Program-made: the position numbers and the translations under genes | In this document: one piece after another, positions 10,808 through 19,520 of the stretch | Numbering within the stretch: position 1 is the first letter of the stretch | Layout: each line of letters opens with the position of its first letter | The notes under the pieces: model-generated | What the model was told of the DNA's origin: nothing | Seen by the model: the letters and a program-made list of their open reading frames with translations, nothing else | Databases searched by the model: none | Source of the DNA: Candidatus Hydrogenedentota bacterium | GTDB taxonomy: Bacteria > Hydrogenedentota > Hydrogenedentia > Hydrogenedentales > SLHB01 | NCBI GenBank assembly: GCA_963674865.2 | Contig: CAXXYE010000011.1 | Coordinates: forward strand, 288,001 to 352,000 | Reading direction: 5' to 3' | DNA: 64,000 nucleotides

Positions 10808-11038
10808 TCAGAATACGCCAACCTGCGATTGGTCTGCTGCGGATTGGATCGGGGGGCCGGTCTCCGTGGTTACGTTGACGGTCGAAATCCATGCCTTGTC
10901 CGATCCCCGATCGCCACTGTACCACATTGCATTGTTCTGGAAGTTCACGTTGGTGCTGGTGCGATCAATGTGTCGCAGGCCCTTGCTGTGGCCAACCTCA
11001 TGGACAAGCGTACGCCCGCAGCGCACGAAATCGTCGCA
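10808..11038 (-). pseudogene. Remnant of a metzincin zinc-metalloprotease domain
   Basis: TLVHEVGHSKGLRH matches HExxHxxGxxH, followed by NNAMWY (Met-turn-like); in-frame TGA at 11039-11041 just upstream. Confidence 0.6.
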
Positions 11039-11202
11039 TCAGGGACTGCTGGGCGACATCGCCGACGGCGGCGCGGCGCCGAGATGCGCTGTTAACAACC
11101 CGCGCCACGAGTTCCTACGACGAGCAGAGCTGGCTGTACAGTCTGCTCCAATCGTCGGCACAACAGCTTACCCTCCGGGCATAGCCCAAGTACCCTCGGA
11201 AC

Positions 11203-11227
11203 GCGGGGAGGGATCCTCCCTCCCCGC
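11203..11227. repeat. Perfect 11-bp inverted repeat (hairpin)
   Basis: GCGGGGAGGGA-TCC-TCCCTCCCCGC, just downstream of the sigma pseudogene stop; no U-tract. Confidence 0.6.
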
Positions 11228-11261
11228 CCTATCTAATTCCGTTGCAGAAAAGTCCGGGATT

Positions 11262-11625
11262 TCACGCCTCGTGAGTGTTCTCGTGCAATTCCCGGAACTT
11301 CTTGAGAGAGCGATGCAGTCTGACTCTCACCCGTACCACGTTCCAGCCTAGGAGTTGCGCGATTTCGGTGGCCTTAAGTCCTTGGACGTATCTCATCTCC
11401 ACGAGCGCTCTGTCGAAAGTGCTGAGGCGGGAAAGCAGCGCGTGGAGGTATATCGCTGCGTCACGTTGATGTGATCTTGCCGTGCTGGTAGGACGACTGC
11501 GTCACAACTCCACGTACGCCTCCCTGGCTCGGGCGTTTCTTAATCGCCGACTCCAATGACGGTAGCCTACGCGCGTAGCAATACGCCCAAGCCACCTGGA
11601 GAAGATTCCTTGTCGCCTGTAGCCA
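11262..11625 (-). pseudogene. ECF sigma-70 factor pseudogene
   Basis: YRRQGIFSRWLGRIATRVGYRHW (region 2-like), in-frame TGA at 11502-11504, then same frame LSRLSTFDRALVEMRYVQGLKATEIAQLLGWNVVRVRVRLHRSLKKFRE (region 4.2 HTH) to TGA 11262; N-terminus not recognisable. Confidence 0.8.
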
Positions 11626-11717
11626 TTAGCTGCCGCGCCCTGACCTACAAGATAAGGGCGTACCGCGAGCAAGGCTACGACGTCGCCCCGCCGGAATAGT
11701 CGATCCTCAGGCCAATG

Positions 11718-11760
11718 CAAACGCCCCGCCTCCCCATTCGGGGAGGCGGGGCGGCTCTTT
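11718..11760 (-). terminator. Intrinsic terminator after the large beta-helix gene
   Basis: 14-bp stem CGCCCCGCCTCCCC-ATTC-GGGGAGGCGGGGCG (11722-11753) with short T runs on both strands. Confidence 0.7.
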
Positions 11761-11800
11761 CGATGCGTGCGCAGCCCTACCGAGGGCTACGCAGTGATTG

Positions 11801-14800
11801 TTAGTACGTCAGGTTCTCCACGTCGACAAGGAAGTTGCCCCCGTCGCGGTCAGCAACAAGGTCGGTGACGCTGCCACGGCCCGTGGCGGGATCCCAGCGA
11901 TTCCTGTACTCGTTTGGATCGAATGGGTCGGCCGAAAACCGGACCGTGTCGTCGCCGTTCCCACCGTAGCAGTTGGCGTTGCCGCCGAAAGCGGAGATAG
12001 TGTCGTCCTCGTCGTCGCCGTACAGCAGGTCGCGCTGGCCGGGATTGTTGACGCCGCCGCTCAGGATGTCCTCACCGGCGCCTCCGCGGATGGTATCGCG
12101 GTAGGGACCGCCGGAAAGCACGTCCGCGCCGCCGTTGCCCGCCATTTGCGAAGAAGAACCCAGGTCGGACCAGTCAACGACGTCGTCGCCGGCGGCGCCC
12201 ACGAACTGCTCAAACCCATGACATCCGATGAGTTCATAGTACGTGTAGCTGGAGTCCGTGATCTTCACCACATCCCGCGTTCCCGCGCCGCCGTCGATGA
12301 CATCCAGGTTGGCCACCTCACTGAGGAAGACGAAGTCGTCCCCGGGGCCGCCGAAGCAGGCGTCGCTCCCGGCGCCCGGATGTAGCTGATCGTTGTCGCC
12401 GCCGCCGAGCAATACGTCATCCCCGGTCGTGCCGCCCAACAAGTAGTCATACCCGGCGCCACCGACCAGAATGTCGTGTCCGTTATGGCCGTTCAGTTTG
12501 TCATTCCCCGCAAGGCCGATGAGAATGTCATTGCCCAGCGTACCCAGCAGGCTATCCTTGCCGGTAGTGCCCACGATGAGCGTATCGTAAGTAATCCCGT
12601 TGCCGAAAGTGACGTCCGGCGCGTATCCGATGGAGCGTATCCCGTCGCGCCCGGGCACCGTGTCGGCGACACGTACATCCGCGCCGACCACCAGGTACTC
12701 GTACTCCCAGGGCTGGCCTGTTAGGACAACCGACGCATACACGTCCGGCCCCTCGTCGGCGCCGATGTCATAATCCGACCCGTCGCCCGTGGCCGCTCCG
12801 AGGCCGTCGCCATCCGCGCCGCGCGCTTCACCGTCCAGGTCCGTCACAACCGAGCCAAGCCCCGGGGCGCTTGTGTCGACGCCGGTGTCGATGGCCGGAG
12901 AACCCGCCTGCAGGTGGTAGTCAACCATGGTGTAAACGTCGCCGGTTACCACCAGCGCCTCGAAGCCGCCGTCAACCACAACCGTGGTTGCCGTGTTGGC
13001 CACAACGTAGGCCTGAAGCGCCGGGTCGGCCCAAGGATTGATCAGCCGTCCCACAAGCGCGCCGTCCGCAAACGACGCGAGGGCGTCGGTGAAGGTCGTT
13101 CGGTTTGTTGCCGCATCGTAACTCGGTGCTGCTGTCCAAGCGCCGGACACTTCCGTCAAGAAGACGGGATCGCCGCCCACGTTTTCGCTTGCCTCCGCTA
13201 TGGACGCGTTGATCTGTCCGGCGCCGGTGTAGAGCATCGGCGTCACGTCGTCGAAATCAAGATAGTCGCCGTCCGGGTTGCCATAGAACAAGCAGCAGGT
13301 TACGAGCGGGTCTGAGGATGCGTCGAACTCGACGATGGCAACGCCCGTATTGCCCACGAAGATACAGTCGGTGATAGTGGGTGCGGCGTTCCACATGCCT
13401 ATGCCGCCGGAGGCCGTCGTCGCCGCGTTGTGCGCGATCGTGCAGTTCGACACGATGGCGGTCGCGTCTACCATGCCGATTGCGGCGCCGAACGTAGCTG
13501 TTGCGGCGTTGCCGCTGATGACGCAGCTAGTGACTGTCGGCTGAGCGCCCAGCGAGACAAACAGGCCGCCGCCGCCATTGCTGCCGTCGCCATACGCCTC
13601 GTTGGCGCTGATGGTGCAGTCCGACAGCACGGGATAACACGGATCGATGACGCATACGCCGCCGCCCGCGTCCCACGAGACATTTCCCGCCACCGTGCAT
13701 CCGGCGATGACCGGCGCAGCGCCGCCTGCGATGTATATGCCGCCGCCGCACGAGGTCGCCGAGTTGTTGTGAATGGTGCAGCCCGATACGGTCGGTGTGG
13801 CATTGACGCAGGCCAACCCGCCGCCCCCGTAGGCCGCATTACCGGTAATCGCGCAATCGGAGACGGAGCATGAGGAGTCGATATCCCTGCAGAGAATGCC
13901 GCCGCCGTTGTCTTCTGAGCCATATTGTGTATCACCACCCGTTACGGTGAAGCCCTCGATCAGTGACGCTACGACACCGTCCATGACCACCACATTCCCT
14001 GCCGGTGAGCCCTCCTGGGAGGTGCTCCCGTCGATGATCGTGGGATGCAGTGCCGTATCCCGTGTCCAGCCGCCGGCCTCGTAGCCGCCAAGGAGGCATT
14101 CGTAGCTGTCCAGAATGAGGGAATACACGCCGGGCGACTCGCTCAATTTCGTGTACGTACCCTCGGCCACCTTGATGCAGATCAGGTTCGCTACGTTGCC
14201 CTCCACCAATTCAACGGCGTGGGCGATTGTTGCCCAAGGATGGGCCTGTGTGCCGAAGCCTGAGCCGGTTGCATCGCTGCCGCCGGCGGCATCCACGTAT
14301 ACGTCGCTATTGAAGGACGATGCGTCCAGCGGAAGCGTACCTCCGTCGACCTCAGTGCCGTCCGGTATGCCGTCGTCATCCGAGTCCTTGTCGCTTGGAT
14401 TGGTTCCGAGCCCTATCTCGTCGATATCCGTTAGGCCGTCACCGTCGCAGTCTGCGTTGATGTTGGTTCCCGTGCCGCTCAGTGCGACGGAAACGGACGG
14501 CGTATCCGCGTCATTCGTAGCGACAAACACGTCGTCCAGGAAGGGGACTGAGAGGCACGTCGCCATCGGCGCGAACCGGACGGTAAGCACTACCGATTCG
14601 CCGGCGGGCAAGTAGGCCGGCAATCCCGGTACGCCCTCGAGCGTAAATGCGCCTGTGCTTCCGTAAGTCCCCATGCGCGCGTCAACGCTGTAGATGTCCA
14701 CGATCCTGAGCGGGCCCGTGCCGGTGTTCTCGACGGTTACGGTGCCCGCAACGTTGAACGTGGCCTCGACCACCGGAAACGCCATGGCGTGGTCGTCAGC

Positions 14801-16744
14801 GGCGGCGATGGAATCCGTCACCACAACATCCCCGTACTCTCCGGGATAGCCGACGTATTCATACGCGCCGATGTCGTACTCGGCGCCCGTGCCGTCTTGG
14901 CCTTGCCCGAGAATGTCCGCCGGACGTGGATTACCGTCCGCATCGGCCGCGGGCGCTTCCGTATCAGCCCCCATATCGATACAAGGGGAGCCATTCGCGA
15001 TGTGATAATCGACGATTTGGTAGGCCGTTGCCGCTGCGGCGGCAACTTCGCCTACCACCGTCACGCTGTCTGCCGTATTCGCAACGACCAGCGATTGAAG
15101 ATTGCTCGCGGAATCGGCCTGGAGCAGACTCCCGACGAGGGCTCCCGCCGTGAACGTTGCCGAAGCGTCGACAAGCGTCGTCCGATTCGACACGGTGTCG
15201 TACGACGCGGCCGCCGTCCACCCGCCCGATGCGGGGGCTAGATACAGCGGGTCGCCGTCCACGTTATCGCTAGCTTCGGCCACATTGGTGTTGATGGCGC
15301 TCGCGCCCGTATGTGAACCCGTCTCGTTGTCGTAGTAGTCGCCGTCCGTGTTGTCGTTGAAGAGACAGCAAGACGTGAACGGATCCGTCAGCGGATTGGA
15401 TTCGTAGATTCCGTAGCCTGCGTTGCCATCGAAGACCGTGTTAACGAAGAAAGCGGGGGACAGCAGCGAGGAGTAGTCGCAATACGCGCCATCCCCGGCA
15501 TTGTCGCCAATAGTGCAATTGGCCACCGTGGGCGACGAGTAGTAGAAGTGCATCCCGTGCCCCTGATTCCCACTGATAACGCAGTTTATGAAAGCCACCG
15601 CCGAGTAGTAATCGTCGGAACAGTAGATGCCGTTAAGCGCATTGCCGGCTACGGTGCAGCCGGAAATCGTCAGGAACGGATCGCCGCCCGTCCACCAGTC
15701 CATGTCGAGGAGCAACCCATTGCCCAGGTTCCCCGCCACGATGCAGTCTGCAATAATGGGCGGCGTGCTGCCTTTGCCCCAGCCCCACCAATGGTACTCC
15801 GCACCCGCCAAGGCATTGCCGCTGATGGTGCAGTCGATCAGGGTGAGCATGTCATAGCCGAAGCAGTACACACCCGCCGCTTCGTTGTCCATGATGACGC
15901 AATCCGTGATGGCGGTCGAGCTGTATTGGCCGAAGATCCCGTGCCCGAGATTGCCGCTGATTGTACATCCCGCTATCATGTTTGTGTTGAGCGCGTTGAC
16001 GCAAAGAACACCTGCTGTGTCTGCGCCTGTACACGTCAACCCATCCAAGCGCGCGTCGGACACATTCTCCAACGTCGCCGCGTAGTCCATCCCTGACGCG
16101 TCCAAGACCGTGACGTAGGCCGACGGATCGCGCTCGCTCAAGAGCGCTTCAGTCCCTGCGAAACCGCCGTATACCGCCACCGAGGAAGGCACTTCGACAC
16201 ACTCGGGATACGTCCCTTCCGCCACCCAGACCTCTGGAACGGAGAAGACCGCTGCCACCGTCAGCGCCGGCCCGATTTCCTCAAAGGCGTTCGGCCAGTC
16301 GGCACCCGTGCCCGCGCCCGTAGCATCCGTGTCCACGTAGACGTGCGTCCCTGGGAAGGCGCTGACCACAAGCGTGCTGGCGTCTGCTGTTGCAGGGGCC
16401 GCCTCCTCATTCGTCGCCGCGTCCGTCGCGATGGTGTAGAACTCGTACCGGCCATCGCCGCCCGTCGTCGTGCTGTCGAATGAGATAGGACTGCTGCTGT
16501 AGCCGCTTCCGTACTCCGTCCACGGGCCGCCGTCCTTGCTGAAATGCAGACTCACATCGGCCACGCCGCTGTCCGCGTCGGATGCCGTGTAAGCGATGTC
16601 TAACACCGCCTGCGTCGTGAGCGGGGCAAGGTCCAGAACACTAGACTCGGGGGGAGTGGTATCAGTCCCCACAATAGCCCATGCCGACCCGCAGAGAACA
16701 CATAGTGCCAGAAACAGAGTTGTCCTTGAGATTGCCCGAATCAT
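11801..16744 (-). CDS. Large secreted multidomain protein: two parallel beta-helix modules, an Ig-like segment, DxDxDG Ca-binding motifs and C-terminal RTX repeats
   Basis: Signal peptide MIRAISRTTLFLALCVLCGSAWA; VWVAEGTY; repeated CTISGN/GGG; DYHxxxGSPxIDxG...DIGA twice; DCDGDGLTD/DSDDDGIPDG; GGxGxDxL nonapeptides. Confidence 0.85.
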   Translation of the reverse strand: MIRAISRTTLFLALCVLCGSAWAIVGTDTTPPESSVLDLAPLTTQAVLDIAYTASDADSGVADVSLHFSKDGGPWTEYGSGYSSSPISFDSTTTGGDGRYEFYTIATDAATNEEAAPATADASTLVVSAFPGTHVYVDTDATGAGTGADWPNAFEEIGPALTVAAVFSVPEVWVAEGTYPECVEVPSSVAVYGGFAGTEALLSERDPSAYVTVLDASGMDYAATLENVSDARLDGLTCTGADTAGVLCVNALNTNMIAGCTISGNLGHGIFGQYSSTAITDCVIMDNEAAGVYCFGYDMLTLIDCTISGNALAGAEYHWWGWGKGSTPPIIADCIVAGNLGNGLLLDMDWWTGGDPFLTISGCTVAGNALNGIYCSDDYYSAVAFINCVISGNQGHGMHFYYSSPTVANCTIGDNAGDGAYCDYSSLLSPAFFVNTVFDGNAGYGIYESNPLTDPFTSCCLFNDNTDGDYYDNETGSHTGASAINTNVAEASDNVDGDPLYLAPASGGWTAAASYDTVSNRTTLVDASATFTAGALVGSLLQADSASNLQSLVVANTADSVTVVGEVAAAAATAYQIVDYHIANGSPCIDMGADTEAPAADADGNPRPADILGQGQDGTGAEYDIGAYEYVGYPGEYGDVVVTDSIAAADDHAMAFPVVEATFNVAGTVTVENTGTGPLRIVDIYSVDARMGTYGSTGAFTLEGVPGLPAYLPAGESVVLTVRFAPMATCLSVPFLDDVFVATNDADTPSVSVALSGTGTNINADCDGDGLTDIDEIGLGTNPSDKDSDDDGIPDGTEVDGGTLPLDASSFNSDVYVDAAGGSDATGSGFGTQAHPWATIAHAVELVEGNVANLICIKVAEGTYTKLSESPGVYSLILDSYECLLGGYEAGGWTRDTALHPTIIDGSTSQEGSPAGNVVVMDGVVASLIEGFTVTGGDTQYGSEDNGGGILCRDIDSSCSVSDCAITGNAAYGGGGLACVNATPTVSGCTIHNNSATSCGGGIYIAGGAAPVIAGCTVAGNVSWDAGGGVCVIDPCYPVLSDCTISANEAYGDGSNGGGGLFVSLGAQPTVTSCVISGNAATATFGAAIGMVDATAIVSNCTIAHNAATTASGGIGMWNAAPTITDCIFVGNTGVAIVEFDASSDPLVTCCLFYGNPDGDYLDFDDVTPMLYTGAGQINASIAEASENVGGDPVFLTEVSGAWTAAPSYDAATNRTTFTDALASFADGALVGRLINPWADPALQAYVVANTATTVVVDGGFEALVVTGDVYTMVDYHLQAGSPAIDTGVDTSAPGLGSVVTDLDGEARGADGDGLGAATGDGSDYDIGADEGPDVYASVVLTGQPWEYEYLVVGADVRVADTVPGRDGIRSIGYAPDVTFGNGITYDTLIVGTTGKDSLLGTLGNDILIGLAGNDKLNGHNGHDILVGGAGYDYLLGGTTGDDVLLGGGDNDQLHPGAGSDACFGGPGDDFVFLSEVANLDVIDGGAGTRDVVKITDSSYTYYELIGCHGFEQFVGAAGDDVVDWSDLGSSSQMAGNGGADVLSGGPYRDTIRGGAGEDILSGGVNNPGQRDLLYGDDEDDTISAFGGNANCYGGNGDDTVRFSADPFDPNEYRNRWDPATGRGSVTDLVADRDGGNFLVDVENLTY

Positions 16745-17119
16745 CGTGCTGTCTCCCCAGGGCGCCACGTACATCGACGTCTCCCCTTTCGTCGACCTTA
16801 GTGGCGCAGCCAAAGTAAAGCGAACGCAGCCTATCAGAAACTTCCACCCAGAATGGTGTGCCGCCAACACGCCAACCCAAGTTTGTGTACTCTACACCCT
16901 CTAAGAGGAATCTTCAACCCTTATAGATGTGTATTATAGGCATTTGTAAACAGATATCCCGCCGGCCCAGGTCTTCTTGGCCACCTTTCTTGGTAAATGC
17001 CAGTTAACATACAGGAATCGCGTCCTAATGTTGGTTCTTTCCGGCGTGTTTTCGGCGCGGTGTTACGTGGAGAGACTGCTCTGCAGCGCGTCGCGCGAGG
17101 GATCATCCGCCCTTCACAG

Positions 17120-18367
17120 CTAGTGGAGTTGCAGATGGTCCTCTTTGATGATGCGGTCTAGATACATCTTGGCTGCGGTGAGCGACGGCACGAGAGGGTG
17201 GATGGTGAGAGCTTGAAGGGCGTATTCATAAGACTTGTGCATGGCGGCTTCGACGGTGAGGCGGTCGCTTTCCTTTACCTCCAGAAACAAGCCCTTGAGA
17301 AACCGCGGACAACTACCGATCTTGCGTGTCTTGAGGCCCTTCTGGCTGACACGGACGGGCACCTCGACGCTGGCGTTCTCCGGGAGATCGCGGATAGCCC
17401 CTGCATTGCGCACGCAAAGAACGCGAGTTCGTTCGGACTTGCTTTCGAGGGCCTCGATCAGGGGAACCACCGTTTCCTCATACCACACGGCGCTGCGTTC
17501 GCGCGTGAGATCGGGCACCTCCGTGAGCTGCCGATCCTCATAGATCTTGAGGATCTGCTTTTCGGCCTCGTGAAGGACCTCGGCGCGGAAGCGCGAGCAA
17601 GCCTGCTGCCTTTTCAGCACCTCGTCCATGTGAAAATATAAACTCACATCGCGCGTTGGGATGATCCGGAAGAGTTCGATGAGGTCGCAGTCGAAGCCAT
17701 CCTCCCGGCATCGCTCAATGCGCTCCAGCAGCAGCGGCATGCAACTCCGCGCCCCCATTCGGACATCCTGAATCCAGCCCATATGATTGAGGCCCAGATA
17801 ATCAACCGTGAGATCAGAGGGGTCCTGGTGGAGAAGCACCGCCAAGCGCTTGATGTAGGCGCCCGGCCTATCGCAGACGCCGACGACGTTAAGCGACGAA
17901 TGGTTGAGCAGAGCCTCGACGATGATGCCGACAGGATTCGTAAGGTTGATGATCGTGGCGTCGGGATTAACCCGCTCGATCTCCTCGATGTATTCGAACA
18001 CGACGGGCAACGTCCGCAACGCGTTGGCGAACCCGCCGGCCCCGAGGCTCTCGTCGCCGATCATGCCGTACTTGGGCGGTAGCTTCTCATCCCGAAGGCG
18101 GGCGCGCATCCCACCGACTCGCACTTGGTTCAAGACATACTTGGCGCCGGCAACGCCTTCCGCGGGCTCCGTCGTACCCGTGACCTTGGCCGGGAAACCG
18201 CTCTTATCAAGGAGCCGCTGGCAGAAGTCCGCTACGAGTGGGAGCTTTCGCCCTGGCCGACCGACGAGCACGATCTCCTTGACGTTGATGTTGTGCGAAA
18301 TGAGGGATAAGACGAACTCCGGGATATAGACACTACTCCCCCCCAAGACCGCGATTCGGTCGATCAT
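17120..18367 (-). CDS. Family 4 glycoside hydrolase (6-phospho-beta-glucosidase-like)
   Basis: IAVLGGSSVY Rossmann start, QVRVGG, DEKLP..G..GDESLGAGG, TNP, GVC, GLNH, VEVP. Confidence 0.9.
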   Translation of the reverse strand: MIDRIAVLGGSSVYIPEFVLSLISHNINVKEIVLVGRPGRKLPLVADFCQRLLDKSGFPAKVTGTTEPAEGVAGAKYVLNQVRVGGMRARLRDEKLPPKYGMIGDESLGAGGFANALRTLPVVFEYIEEIERVNPDATIINLTNPVGIIVEALLNHSSLNVVGVCDRPGAYIKRLAVLLHQDPSDLTVDYLGLNHMGWIQDVRMGARSCMPLLLERIERCREDGFDCDLIELFRIIPTRDVSLYFHMDEVLKRQQACSRFRAEVLHEAEKQILKIYEDRQLTEVPDLTRERSAVWYEETVVPLIEALESKSERTRVLCVRNAGAIRDLPENASVEVPVRVSQKGLKTRKIGSCPRFLKGLFLEVKESDRLTVEAAMHKSYEYALQALTIHPLVPSLTAAKMYLDRIIKEDHLQLH

Positions 18368-18404
18368 ATCCCTCCGACCTCCTCCGTACTGCAGGTTCTA
18401 AATG

Positions 18405-19079
18405 CTATGAAAACATACCTCTGGCCGCGCATGCCATTGCCGTGGCTGTGTTGACCACGGAACGCGGCCGGGCCACGATCTGAACGCGCCCGGAACGTAT
18501 CGCCTCGATGACGCCCCGGATAGTGGGCTCCGCCTTTATCCATGTCCATGCGTTTGCGACGTACGGAAACGTGTGCACATCTGAGGTTGCCACCATTGAC
18601 AGCCCATAGCGCCTGGCGGTTTTCGCTGCTCTTCGATTGAGGTTAATGCCTCTGCAAAAGAGGCTCGCGTATTCGACCGCGTCGAAGAGGTCGATGTGCC
18701 TGACAAGTAAGGCCCCCAAGCTGCTTGGGATTGGGTAGAAAGGATGCGCGGCGATCAGGGCCGCGTCCCTGTGTCCCAAGGATCGCAGTTCTCGAAAGGT
18801 ACGTGCTTCAGCAAGCCTATCGTCCGGGTTGAGTATGACAACATGCTTACCGTCAACAAGCTGCTCGATGCCCGGGATTAACAGGATACCGCGGCGTTTG
18901 GCGTATTCCTCGAGCCGTTTCGAGTACCGGACCACCTCATGACACGTAATGGCCAGTACGTCATAATTCAACTTTGCAGCCGCATCAATGAGCATCTCCG
19001 CGGAGTATGGGATGGGATCGTGGAGATCGCCCGCTGTGTGTGTGTGGAGGTCCGCCTTCAACCGTATTGCCGCGCTCAA
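18405..19079 (-). CDS. PHP domain phosphoesterase
   Basis: ADLHTHT, AITCHE, PGIE, AAHPF, TSDVH; TTG start with GGAG upstream. Confidence 0.85.
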   Translation of the reverse strand: MSAAIRLKADLHTHTAGDLHDPIPYSAEMLIDAAAKLNYDVLAITCHEVVRYSKRLEEYAKRRGILLIPGIEQLVDGKHVVILNPDDRLAEARTFRELRSLGHRDAALIAAHPFYPIPSSLGALLVRHIDLFDAVEYASLFCRGINLNRRAAKTARRYGLSMVATSDVHTFPYVANAWTWIKAEPTIRGVIEAIRSGRVQIVARPRSVVNTATAMACAARGMFS

Positions 19080-19520
19080 CCTCCATCTCCAGTTACTGCA
19101 CACAAGTCACGCCTCTGAAACTATCCAGAGCGATGATCCAATGTCAAGAGTAACCCCAGATACCAGACGCAATGGCGTGGACCTGTGCGACACTCAAAGC
19201 GGGAAAAGAGGCAACCGTGCATCGCGTGTGCACGTTCACCATAACCCTACCCAGACTTCACATCCGTCATCATAACAACGTCGCCGGAGCGTTTCAACGA
19301 GGCGAGAGGACCACAATCGCCGACGGATTCGACAATGCCGCGCACTTGGCCTCTCGGCTCGACTTCTCCTCTTGAAGTCTGCTCACCAATTAGGTGGCGC
19401 CGCCTATCTTGTGGACGCCTTTTCTTCTAATGACTTGAAGCGCGGCATAATGGGCAACGCGGTCACCGGGAGAGGGCAAGCATATGCGCATTCGTGCAAG
19501 TGCTCCGGGGCGAATCGGTT

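Noticed and set aside
11502..11504. Selenocysteine or programmed readthrough of the TGA in the sigma gene
   Set aside because: The position is a non-catalytic linker, the N-terminus is also missing, and TGA is a normal stop elsewhere in the window
16770..16870. c-di-GMP-I riboswitch upstream of the large secreted gene
   Set aside because: Only superficial similarity; the GAAA tetraloop/receptor and P1 elements were not found
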